This document shows, piece after piece, positions 1-8,451 of a stretch of 64,000 nucleotides of DNA. The position numbers and the translations under genes were made by a program. Source of the stretch: Bacteroidales bacterium (GTDB taxonomy: Bacteria; Bacteroidota; Bacteroidia; Bacteroidales; VadinHA17); contig WXFD01000043.1 in the NCBI GenBank assembly GCA_009877105.1, positions 55,602 to 119,601 of the forward strand. The letters run 5' to 3'. Numbering within the stretch: the stretch's first letter is position 1; each line of letters starts with the position of its first letter. The notes under the pieces were generated by a model that had not been told where the DNA came from, made no database searches, and saw only the letters and a list, made by a program, of their open reading frames with translations.

Positions 1-10
1 GTACGGAAGA

Positions 11-445
11 TCAGATTGCTGGCGGGGAGCGCAGACCTTTGGAGGTAAAAGAAAGGCCGGGGTCAGGGAAACTTATCTTTGTTTGTATAACTGAATGCAG
101 TAAAGCAGATAGCTGATTGTCCGTTTCACTGCCCGGGATACCTGCCGGAGAATTATCATTCCAGTCCTGGCAGGAGTTTTTATTTAAAAACTTAAACCCT
201 GAATCCGGCTGATTTGAGCTGATCAGGGCAGGTTCTTTCAACATACAATTGTCAGAACCGCAATCACCGTCATTACTGTGATCGGGATGGCTATTTCCCC
301 TGTCATCTGTTGGTTCATCATTGATGCAATGGGATTTTGCAAAACAGACCAGTTTACCGTGATGATGATGCGGCACAGCAGCCTGAACCAGCAGTAATAA
401 ACCGGCAAGAATTAAAAAAGCACTTGCTGCTGTTTTCTTAATCAT
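11..445 (-). CDS. Small exported His/Cys-rich protein, function unknown (144 aa from internal ATG)
   Basis: ORF 11..553(-). The ATG at 443-445 gives the signal-like N-terminus MIKKTAASAFLILAGLLLLVQA, followed by PHHHHG, CFAKSHC and DGDCGSDNC clusters. No family recognised with certainty. Confidence 0.5.
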   Translation of the reverse strand: MIKKTAASAFLILAGLLLLVQAAVPHHHHGKLVCFAKSHCINDEPTDDRGNSHPDHSNDGDCGSDNCMLKEPALISSNQPDSGFKFLNKNSCQDWNDNSPAGIPGSETDNQLSALLHSVIQTKISFPDPGLSFTSKGLRSPPAI

Positions 446-619
446 TTTTACGATAAAAGTAGCTGCAATAGTAACGAAAAAAAATATATTTTGTTCAGAC
501 AATGAACTATTAACAACTTTTTCACGTATTGCCCCGGGATTTAATAATGACATTAATACTGATTGAGTCCGGGCTGATCAGTGAAAAGATGAAAAAGATC
601 TCCATCGCAGTGAATTGTC

Positions 620-627
620 TATCTTTG
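620..627 (+). promoter_or_regulatory. Bacteroidota -7 promoter element (TATCTTTG = TAnnTTTG)
   Basis: Exact TAnnTTTG match 14 nt upstream of the GTG start at 641. Confidence 0.35.
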
Positions 628-640
628 CGATTTTGATAGT

Positions 641-1957
641 GTGGAGGTAACTGAAAGGCTGACATACCGGAGGATATTTCTTTTCTGGGGGCCGCTGGCC
701 CTTACCTGGCTTATGATGGCCATCGAGCAGCCTTTTCTTATTGCCTTTATCGCAAGGCTTGATGATGCCAAGTTCAATCTTGCCGCCTTTGGCATTGCCG
801 GATCTTTTGCAACCATCATTGAGTCGCCGATTATCATGCTGATGAGTGCATCCACCGCTCTGGTAACCGGACGCCATTCCTACATTAAACTGAAAAAATT
901 CACCGATATACTTAATGCGGCCATTACCGGTATTCAGCTTGTCATCCTTATCCCTCCGGTCTTCAGGTTCATTGTCATTGATCTGATGGAAGTTCCGGGG
1001 AACGTGGCAGAACTCGCCCATGTCGCTCTCCTGATCTTTATTCCCTGGGCCGCCTCAATTGGTTACAGGAGATTTTACCAGGGTATCCTTATCAGGAATA
1101 ATCTGACACGACGGGTGACATATGGTACCCTGGTAAGGTTATCGGTAATTGTAATTATGGGTTTGATATTGTTTTTTACGGGAATCAACGGGGCATACGT
1201 TGGTGCGGGGGCAATGTCGCTGGCCGTACTTTGCGAAGCTATAGCCACAAGGATGATGGTTTCCAGGACCCTTAAAGATCTGATGCTTAAGAACGATACG
1301 GTAAACGGTAATCTCAGCCTGAGATCGGTTTCAAAGTTCTATTTCCCCCTTGCGCTGACTTCAATACTTTCGCTCGGGGTGCATCCTTTCGTAACTTTTT
1401 TCCTGGGAAGAAGCCGAATGGCGGTTGAGTCACTGGCTGTTCTTCCGGTCGTGAGTTCACTGGTATTTATTTTCAGGAGTATGGGTTTGTCGTACCAGGA
1501 GGTGAATATTGCACTGATAGGGAAGGAAAAACAAAACTACCGGGAATTGAGGAATTTTGCGATTTATCTTGCATTTGCGGTAACGGTGCTGATATCTGTA
1601 CTTGCCTTCACTCCTTTGGCTGACCTGTGGTTCACAAATATTTCGGGGCTGAGTATGGAACTAGCCGGCCTGGCATATCTTCCTCTGAAGATCCTGATAC
1701 TGCTGCCGGCACTAACTGTCTTGCTGAACTTCCAAAGATCCACCCAAATAATTAACGGAACTACGGGTCCGATCTCGGTTGCAACAGCAGTAGAGCTTAT
1801 CGGTATAATTATAATATTGCTTGTGTGTGTAGTGTTCCTTGACCTGATAGGCGTGATTGCTGCCTCTGTATCTTTCATTGTCGGCAGAGTATTGTCGAAT
1901 CTTTACCTGGTACCGAAGCATGCGTCAGTAGTAAATGGCTGGAAAATGGGATCCTGA
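641..1957 (+). CDS. Polytopic membrane protein, MATE/MOP-flippase-like
   Basis: 438-aa ORF with a GTG start. It is hydrophobic throughout with roughly 12 predicted helices, an architecture resembling MATE/polysaccharide-exporter proteins. No diagnostic motif seen. Confidence 0.55.
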   Translation: MEVTERLTYRRIFLFWGPLALTWLMMAIEQPFLIAFIARLDDAKFNLAAFGIAGSFATIIESPIIMLMSASTALVTGRHSYIKLKKFTDILNAAITGIQLVILIPPVFRFIVIDLMEVPGNVAELAHVALLIFIPWAASIGYRRFYQGILIRNNLTRRVTYGTLVRLSVIVIMGLILFFTGINGAYVGAGAMSLAVLCEAIATRMMVSRTLKDLMLKNDTVNGNLSLRSVSKFYFPLALTSILSLGVHPFVTFFLGRSRMAVESLAVLPVVSSLVFIFRSMGLSYQEVNIALIGKEKQNYRELRNFAIYLAFAVTVLISVLAFTPLADLWFTNISGLSMELAGLAYLPLKILILLPALTVLLNFQRSTQIINGTTGPISVATAVELIGIIIILLVCVVFLDLIGVIAASVSFIVGRVLSNLYLVPKHASVVNGWKMGS

Positions 1958-2096
1958 TTTTGCCTTGCCGGGCAGATTCAATAGTAAATGTTCAAATTGG
2001 AGGAAATCAGGCGTTGCTGACCTTAAACTTCCGTTTTTCTATGGAATCTTACCAGGTCCTTCTCATGAAGAATAAGCCAGTGGTGGGTCTTTTTTC

Positions 2097-4601
2097 CTAC
2101 AGATTTTTTTCGGGATACATTTCGTTCCAGTGTCCTGGCTGGTTTTTAAGTTTATAATCAAACCATGCCATAATGGTATCGTGCCATTGAAGACGCTTTT
2201 TGTAATCGAGTATATGATGGTTCTCACCGCTGATCAGAACCATTTCCACTTCTTTTCCCAGTATTTTCAGGGCTGCATAAAACTGCAGGCTTTCGCCAAC
2301 CGGTACATTTGTATCGTCGGTGCCATGCAACAGTAAAATTGAATTCCGGAATTTGTCGGCATTGAAAAGCGGGCTGTTATCAACGTAGATATCCCTTCGG
2401 TTCCATGGATAGCTGTACCTGGTTGCACCTGAGCTGTACGAATATCCCCAGTAGCCTTCCCCCCAGTAGCTGGAGATATCGCTTATTCCTGCATGGGAGA
2501 TAGCGGTTTTAAAAATATCGGTTCGTGTTTGCAGTGTCATGGTGGTGAACCCTCCGTATGAAGCGCCAATGCAACCCACGTTTTCGGCATCGGCGGAGGG
2601 AAATGCTTCCAGGAACTTTTTTGTACCTTCTATAATATCGTCGATTGCTTCGCGCCCCCATCCGTTAACATGAAGGGCTGAGAAATCCTGACCGAAGCCG
2701 GTTGATCCGCTGGGTTGTAATACATATACCATATAACCTTCCGCCGCCCAGATGTTTTTGGGATAACGGCCTCCGAACGCCCGGTTGGTAGGGGAGGTTC
2801 CGCCGTAGTAATTCACGATCACTGGATACTTTTTTGAGGGATCGTAACCCGGTGGATAGTAAATCCTCCCGTAGATAGTTGTCCCCCTGCTGTTAATAAA
2901 ATTCCACTCCTGCGTTTGTCCGAATTCAACATTTTCCAGCATTTCTTTTCCTGGATCGAGAAGCAGTGTTGATTTTGCGCTGTTCAGATCGATGGCATAC
3001 AGTCTTCCGGGGGTACTGATACTGCTTCCTTCAAAAACGGCCACCGGTTTTCGTGCTGCAAAATTAACTGAATTGATGACCTCAACTGGAACATTGATCT
3101 TTGTAAAATTACGTTTCTTAAGATCGAACCGGTAAAGGTTAACATAGTCACGTTCATCGGCTGTAAGGTAAATTTTTCCATCGAAGGTCCAATAAACGCT
3201 TCCGACAGACGGATCAAAATCGCGTGTCAGCGCCTCGGCTTTTTTTGACCCGATGTCGAAGAGAAAAAGCTGTTCGTCATAGCTGTTAGGGATCCTTTCC
3301 GGGCTTACCTTTACACCCATGTCGCCGAAGGTTTCTGAGCTTCCTGTTACCAGGAGCTGTGTTCCGTCAGGGGAATATTGGCAATACCCGGCATGGAGTT
3401 TGTTTTGCCAGATGGTATCGGGTTTCATTGATACGAGTTCGAGTTCGTAAAGGTTTTGTTTCGAAAAGGGTACTTCGCTGTAATCGGTCCGTGAGATTGA
3501 GAACAGGATCCTTGTGCCGTCAGGTTTGATATCATGAAGGGTGGCAGATTCACCGCCGGCTGTTAATGGCCGTGCCATTCTGGTCCTCATATCGAAGCAA
3601 TATAAATATGAGCGGCTGCGGGTACCTGGAATTCGATCATCATTGTTGAAAACACGTTTCAGGTCGCCTGGTTTTTCAGCCTCTTCATCACGTGAGAACA
3701 GGAAGTAATCTTCATTAGGTGACCATTTTATTCCACGGGGTGACTTCAGGCCCGAAGCTGCCAGACTTTCTTCGCCTGTCTTTATATCAAATAAATATAT
3801 ATCACTACTTCCTTCATTATCAACCTGGTAAAACAGACGATCGGTTTTTGGAAGCCAGTCGGCACGTAAGGCATTGTTTCGCAGTGCAAACAGATTCCGG
3901 TTCGATTCCATGTCGTATACCCTGAATGAAAACTGTGATTTTCCACTGCCAGGGAGAATAGTATTTGTCCGGATCAGCAGGTATTTCCCTGAAGCTGATA
4001 ACAATGCATTTGACATCTTTTCACCTTCGAGAATGTCGTGAATGGTAAGAGTACGTCTGGCATTGGTGGTCCAGAACAGCTTTGCCGAATCATTTACTGC
4101 TTCAACGCTTGCAGAAAACTTCATCGATTTTTCTGTACTTAGCATTTTAAGCAACAACCCGTGAACACCTGTTGTCAGGCTCATTTCTATCTTCACAGGC
4201 TTTACAGATGTCATGCCCTGGGTCTTTATCCTGTTGCCGTCGAGATACAGCTCGAAAAGGGCATTGGTTGAAATACTCACAGAGGCTTTTGTCCAGCGGT
4301 CGCTTTTCAGAAAACCGGCTAGCTGAACCAGTTGGTTTTTTCCGCTGACAGGCGGTATCAGACTGTCGCCTACAAGATTCAGAGTATTCCATTTGTCCAC
4401 TCCTTCCTTATCTGCCAGTATGTTTTCCATCAAAGCGGCCTGATCGAATTTTTTACCATCAACAGATCGTTCATCCGCAAAAACCGGCAAATACAGCTGG
4501 TTCGGTCCCGAAATCTTCCAATCGGAGCATAATACCCGGTTCTGCGCCCATGTTACGGTTGCTGTCAGCAGCAGAAACACGATGCCGTAAATTCTTTTCA
4601 T
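2097..4601 (-). CDS. S9 family serine peptidase (prolyl oligopeptidase/dipeptidyl peptidase type), exported
   Basis: 834 aa with signal peptide MKRIYGIVFLLLTATVTWAQ and a long N-terminal beta-propeller-like region. The C-terminal alpha/beta hydrolase part has nucleophile motif GASYGG, then LLLHGTDDTNVP and GENHHI (Asp/His). Confidence 0.85.
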   Translation of the reverse strand: MKRIYGIVFLLLTATVTWAQNRVLCSDWKISGPNQLYLPVFADERSVDGKKFDQAALMENILADKEGVDKWNTLNLVGDSLIPPVSGKNQLVQLAGFLKSDRWTKASVSISTNALFELYLDGNRIKTQGMTSVKPVKIEMSLTTGVHGLLLKMLSTEKSMKFSASVEAVNDSAKLFWTTNARRTLTIHDILEGEKMSNALLSASGKYLLIRTNTILPGSGKSQFSFRVYDMESNRNLFALRNNALRADWLPKTDRLFYQVDNEGSSDIYLFDIKTGEESLAASGLKSPRGIKWSPNEDYFLFSRDEEAEKPGDLKRVFNNDDRIPGTRSRSYLYCFDMRTRMARPLTAGGESATLHDIKPDGTRILFSISRTDYSEVPFSKQNLYELELVSMKPDTIWQNKLHAGYCQYSPDGTQLLVTGSSETFGDMGVKVSPERIPNSYDEQLFLFDIGSKKAEALTRDFDPSVGSVYWTFDGKIYLTADERDYVNLYRFDLKKRNFTKINVPVEVINSVNFAARKPVAVFEGSSISTPGRLYAIDLNSAKSTLLLDPGKEMLENVEFGQTQEWNFINSRGTTIYGRIYYPPGYDPSKKYPVIVNYYGGTSPTNRAFGGRYPKNIWAAEGYMVYVLQPSGSTGFGQDFSALHVNGWGREAIDDIIEGTKKFLEAFPSADAENVGCIGASYGGFTTMTLQTRTDIFKTAISHAGISDISSYWGEGYWGYSYSSGATRYSYPWNRRDIYVDNSPLFNADKFRNSILLLHGTDDTNVPVGESLQFYAALKILGKEVEMVLISGENHHILDYKKRLQWHDTIMAWFDYKLKNQPGHWNEMYPEKNL

Positions 4602-4876
4602 ATAACTTGTTTGATTTTTCAGTGAGAATATTGTTTGCAGGCTTCAAATATATTAAAAACAGGCTTTCCGGCAACAAAGAATCGATCCTGATTTTCAATT
4701 ATTATGTCGGGAGGATAATGCCGGGAGCTTCATTACGGGAAATTGTATCTTCGGGAAGATATACTCAGGACTCAGGGCAATTGCGGCAAACATAATATAG
4801 TTGCAGATGATTTAAATATCGGTTACATTTAAGCTGCACAGCCTTCATTCAGATTAATTATAAACTATCAGACAAA

Positions 4877-5107
4877 ATGAAAAACATGAAATTCATTACG
4901 GGAGCGATATGCGGATTAATTACGGGTTTGGTTTTATTCATGGTCATTTCGTTCAGATCAGATCCGGCAGTTTTCCCTGCCCAGTCATCAGGAAAGATAA
5001 CCAATCTCAATTCCAGAACCGAGGTATTCCGGTTAAATGTGGACAATGTTCAGTATATTGTTGTCGTCAGCGTTGATGGTGGGACTGCCATTGTCAGACA
5101 CAGGTAG
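4877..5107 (+). CDS. Small membrane-anchored hypothetical protein (76 aa)
   Basis: ATG start, one N-terminal TM helix (FITGAICGLITGLVLFMVISF) and no overlap with other genes. No homology recognised. Confidence 0.4.
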   Translation: MKNMKFITGAICGLITGLVLFMVISFRSDPAVFPAQSSGKITNLNSRTEVFRLNVDNVQYIVVVSVDGGTAIVRHR

Positions 5108-5160
5108 TCAATGACATATTAATATACTGCTGTTGTTGCATGTAACAGGTTATATTATAA

Positions 5161-5191
5161 AAAGAAAACTCCACACTTAATTAATGTGGAG
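5161..5191 (-). terminator. Intrinsic terminator of ssrA
   Basis: On the minus strand: CTCCACA-TTAATTAAG-TGTGGAG hairpin (5169-5175/5185-5191) followed by TTTTCTTT, directly 3' of the tmRNA end. Confidence 0.6.
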
Positions 5192-5196
5192 TAACG

Positions 5197-5588
5197 TGGA
5201 GCTGGCGGGAGTCGAACCCGCGTCCAGGCATGGAGACCATATGTTTTCTACATGCTTAGTCCTGCTTGATTTTCGAGGCACATCAGCTGCAGAACGACCT
5301 AATATGCCCTTATTTCCTGTTTTTCTCACCGTCGGACCGGAACAATCGTCGGGCCAGCCCTGAATTGCGTGCGTCTCCGTATCGGGTTGGATCAGGGCAT
5401 GACCGCCCGGGAAACGTCCCGTCCCGGCAACCTGGCCGGGATAAAGCTTAAGCTACTTTATTCGCTTAGGCAGCGAGAGCGTAATTGTATTCGCCAGTTA
5501 TTGTTTTGTAACACTGTTCAAGGAACGTGTCACCACATCCTGCATGCTTGCATACCACCCCACATGCTGTCAAAACCAGGTCAGCCCC
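5197..5588 (-). ncRNA. ssrA: tmRNA (transfer-messenger RNA)
   Basis: Minus strand. The 5' GGGGCTG pairs with 3' CAGCTCC+A, including the G3:U alanine identity pair. The T-arm is GCGGGTTCGACTCCCGC. The internal tag frame GGC GAA TAC AAT TAC GCT CTC GCT GCC TAA (5495..5466) encodes GEYNYALAA*, and the ~392 nt length is typical. Confidence 0.93.
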
Positions 5589-5602
5589 GTGGTATTACCG
5601 GC

Positions 5603-5610
5603 CAAAATTA
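5603..5610 (-). promoter_or_regulatory. Candidate -7 promoter element for ssrA (TAATTTTG on minus strand)
   Basis: The plus strand CAAAATTA is TAnnTTTG on the minus strand, 14 nt upstream of the mature tmRNA 5' end. No clear -33 TTTG. Confidence 0.4.
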
Positions 5611-5635
5611 CAAATTCCGTGCCTTTTATGCAAGC

Positions 5636-5719
5636 GGTATTCAGTATTCAGTGTTTCGGGTTTCGGGTTTCGAGTTTCGGGTTTCGAGTTTCGGGTTTAA
5701 GGTTTAGAGCTTTGGGTTA
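5636..5719 (+). repeat. Tandem array of 12 degenerate heptamers (GGTATTC AGTATTC AGTGTTT, CGGGTTT/CGAGTTT x6, decaying units)
   Basis: Read directly from the sequence. Strict 7-nt periodicity over 84 nt. Confidence 0.9.
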
Positions 5720-5740
5720 TGTTTTTGACGCAGTTTAGTT

Positions 5741-5810
5741 ACCAACCAAACACCAAACACTGAATACCGAACACCGGACAGCGAATACCGAATACCGGAC
5801 ACCGGGTACC
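5741..5810 (-). repeat. Tandem array of 10 degenerate heptamers, inverted relative to 5636-5719
   Basis: The plus strand reads ACCAACC AAACACC AAACACT GAATACC GAACACC GGACAGC GAATACC GAATACC GGACACC GGGTACC, whose reverse complement is the GGT[AG]T[TC]C family. There is a 13-nt perfect inverted match, 5644-5656 versus 5755-5767. Confidence 0.9.
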
Positions 5811-5978
5811 ATTTTGCAGGTAAAACTTACGGCAACACGCATCTCTGGTTTATTGATGAAAATTAATTAAATTCATACTGTGGTTACCATGGCTGAAGAA
5901 ATCAATATGTTGATATATAGCAGACTAAGGCAGAATGCTGTTTTGTTTAATTTTTATGACCCATATAATTGATGCAAA

Positions 5979-7271
5979 ATGAAAGGAAAAATCCCCTTTG
6001 GCTTTGACGGAATCATCGTGAATTCCGGTAAAAAATCAATCATATCAATTAAAGCACCTGGAAATCCAGCATTGTTACTGTCTGCTTTATTTTTTACATT
6101 ATTATTTTTTACTCACGGTTGTACCGGTCATCAATCCCAGATCGGCAGGCAATGGTCATTTGACATTCCTCCGGATTACCTTCGGGAAGCCCCGGATATT
6201 CCGCCATTCTGGATTTCGAGCTATGACGGGGTCAATGAATTTCTTGAAAAAACAGTAAAGAAGGGGCAGGTTGAAATCATAGGCGTATCCGCCGGAGGCA
6301 GGCCAATCAGGGCGGTTTTTTATGGAAAACAGCGTCAGGGCAAAGGTACAACCACATTCTCAGGATCATTGGGATTCGGCGATGTACGGGCCTACAGGGG
6401 TCATGATCATGACAAGACTGTTTACATGGCCATGGCGGCCGTTCACGGGGGTGAGTTTGAGGGAATTGTGGGAATGGTCAACCTCATCTCAGTAATTGAA
6501 ACGGGTAAGGATCTCAGGGGCATGGAATGGCCTGGTATAACAGAGGTTGTTTCAAGGCTTGACCGTATTGTGCTTATCCCTGTAACAAATCCTGACGGCA
6601 GGGCAAGAATACCTCTCAGGATGGAGCTTTACAGGGATACCGTATTTACAGTTCCGGAGTTTCTTAACACCGGGGGGAAGCCCGACGGCTCGATAACCGG
6701 ATGGCCGCAGATAAAGGAGTTTATTCCAATGGATTTTTCCAAACCGGGTTTCCCCGGCGGCTATCCAAACGATGCAGGCGTCAACTTCATGCATGATGAT
6801 TTTCTTGGGAATATACAGCCGGAGACACGGGCACTGTTTGATCTTACCGAACGTGAGAAGCCGGATCTGATCATAAATCTCCATACCGGCGCAGTTTATA
6901 TGCGGATGGACCGGCCGCTCGGAGAACCGGCGCTCCGGCCGGTCTTTGACACTCTTTTCAGATACGTCCATTCAGAACTGGCACTCAGAGGACTTCAGCG
7001 GACAAATGATCCGGTGATTGAAGGAAATCCCGAAAATGCCTCATCCGGGGTTTATAATCTTGACGGGGCACTCAACTGGCATTGCGGTGCATTGAGTGTA
7101 GTCGTGGAGTCACCCAGTCATGCATTTTCCGCAAACAGTACAACAAGGGAAAGACAGATAGAGTCTCCCGATAATCTGCTCAATGCCCAGCTGATCTGCC
7201 ATCAGCAATCAATGAAGTTCCTTGCCGAAACGGGCGGAAGGTCCAAATGGCTCCCGGCCCGCAGGCCCTGA
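5979..7271 (+). CDS. M14 family zinc carboxypeptidase-like protein, probable lipoprotein
   Basis: 430 aa with N-terminal hydrophobic segment ending THGC. It has the HxxE zinc motif (AAVHGGEFEG), an NPDG motif (VTNPDGRARIP) and a later NLHTG (third His ligand position). Confidence 0.7.
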   Translation: MKGKIPFGFDGIIVNSGKKSIISIKAPGNPALLLSALFFTLLFFTHGCTGHQSQIGRQWSFDIPPDYLREAPDIPPFWISSYDGVNEFLEKTVKKGQVEIIGVSAGGRPIRAVFYGKQRQGKGTTTFSGSLGFGDVRAYRGHDHDKTVYMAMAAVHGGEFEGIVGMVNLISVIETGKDLRGMEWPGITEVVSRLDRIVLIPVTNPDGRARIPLRMELYRDTVFTVPEFLNTGGKPDGSITGWPQIKEFIPMDFSKPGFPGGYPNDAGVNFMHDDFLGNIQPETRALFDLTEREKPDLIINLHTGAVYMRMDRPLGEPALRPVFDTLFRYVHSELALRGLQRTNDPVIEGNPENASSGVYNLDGALNWHCGALSVVVESPSHAFSANSTTRERQIESPDNLLNAQLICHQQSMKFLAETGGRSKWLPARRP

Positions 7272-7358
7272 TAGTATTCCATCAGAAAGGAATGCCCGAA
7301 TCAGCGAAATGCATAAGTTAGAGTTCTTATTAAGTTAACCCTGTTATAAATCTCAGCC

Positions 7359-8396
7359 ATGAGTAAAAAGCAATTTTCCCGACGTGACTTTGTACAAAAA
7401 ACTGCACTTACGGCAGGAATGGCTCCAATTGCATCTTTTTCCTTTCCTGGCACGCCCCTTCCACAGCCCGGTCATGGTGACAGCCCACCGCGACAGGTAT
7501 GGATCGCCGGCATCTCACAAGCCGGGATAAGGACAAAAACACCCGAGGAGATGGTTGCACGCGTATTTGGTATACTTGCTGATGTCAAGATCCACAAACC
7601 TGATTTCGTATGTCTTCCGGAGGTATTCCCATTTGAATATGTCGATAAGGAGACCACCCTGAAGGAGAAGATTGAGATTTCAGAAAAGGTATTGGAGCAG
7701 TTTTCAGAGTTCTCAAGGCAGAATGAGTGTTACACTATTTGCCCTGTTTATACATCATCGGGCGGCAGGGTTTACAATTCGGCCGTGGTATTTGACAGGA
7801 GCGGGAAAAGTATTGGCCAGTACAACAAGATCCATGAAACGACAGGAATGATTAAATATGGAATTTCCTGCGGCGCATTGTTCCAGCCGGCCATAAAAAC
7901 TGAGTTCGGACCGGTTGGCATTCAGATTTGTTATGATATAAACTGGGATGACGGATGGAAAATGCTTAATGAGCAGGGAGCAAGGATTATTTTCTGGTGT
8001 TCGGCATTTGACGGCGGAATGCAACTTAATATGAAAGCTTTGAGGTATAAATGCATCGTGGCCTCCAGTACAAATAAAAACAACGCAAAAGTATGCGATA
8101 TTTCGGGAGAGACTCTGGCAACAACCGGTATATGGAATCCTAACTTCTATTGCGGTCAGGTAAATCTGGAGAAGATTTTTTTGCCGACATATGACTACCT
8201 GAAGGAAGTCAGGGAGATTGAACAGAAATACGGCAGGAAAGTAAGAATAAAAGTCTTTCATGAGGAGGAATGGACGATAATCGAGAGTTTGTCTCCCGAT
8301 ATTTTTATAGCTGATATTGCTAAGGAATTCAATCTGAAATCACACGATGAGGGCCTCAGGGAGGCTGAGATTATCCAGGATCGTTCGCGCGGATAA
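7359..8396 (+). CDS. Carbon-nitrogen hydrolase (nitrilase superfamily) with twin-arginine signal
   Basis: 345 aa. The N-terminus SRRDFVQKTALTAGMAPIASF fits S/T-R-R-x-F-L-K. The Glu-Lys-Cys triad context is present: VCLPEVFPF, YNKIHE, IQICYDINW. Confidence 0.8.
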   Translation: MSKKQFSRRDFVQKTALTAGMAPIASFSFPGTPLPQPGHGDSPPRQVWIAGISQAGIRTKTPEEMVARVFGILADVKIHKPDFVCLPEVFPFEYVDKETTLKEKIEISEKVLEQFSEFSRQNECYTICPVYTSSGGRVYNSAVVFDRSGKSIGQYNKIHETTGMIKYGISCGALFQPAIKTEFGPVGIQICYDINWDDGWKMLNEQGARIIFWCSAFDGGMQLNMKALRYKCIVASSTNKNNAKVCDISGETLATTGIWNPNFYCGQVNLEKIFLPTYDYLKEVREIEQKYGRKVRIKVFHEEEWTIIESLSPDIFIADIAKEFNLKSHDEGLREAEIIQDRSRG

Positions 8397-8451
8397 TACG
8401 ATGGCAATGAAATATGGATACTTATAGTAAGTTAAGGAAAGATAATATATT

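Noticed and set aside
560-580. GAGTCCGGGCT resembling the conserved RNase P RNA P4 region
   Set aside because: The non-coding gap is only ~90-190 nt and no other RNase P conserved regions are present. This is a chance match.
5108-5196. Possible genomic-island attachment site at the 3' end of ssrA
   Set aside because: I found no duplicated copy of the ssrA 3' segment (GGAGTCGAACCCGC...) elsewhere in the window and no integrase adjacent to the 3' side. The accessory cluster lies on the 5' (promoter) side instead.
5369-5738. Two plus-strand ORFs (112 and 64 aa) with repetitive FRVSGFEFRVSSFGF translation
   Set aside because: They lie antisense to the tmRNA and run through the heptamer array. 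The peptide periodicity merely reflects the 7-nt DNA repeat read in frame, so they are not coding.
5636-5810. Heptamer arrays as a CRISPR array or telomere-like repeat (TTTCGGG versus the plant-type TTTAGGG)
   Set aside because: The units are 7 nt with no spacers and no cas genes, so this is not CRISPR. The telomere resemblance is a one-mismatch coincidence in an internal chromosomal site.
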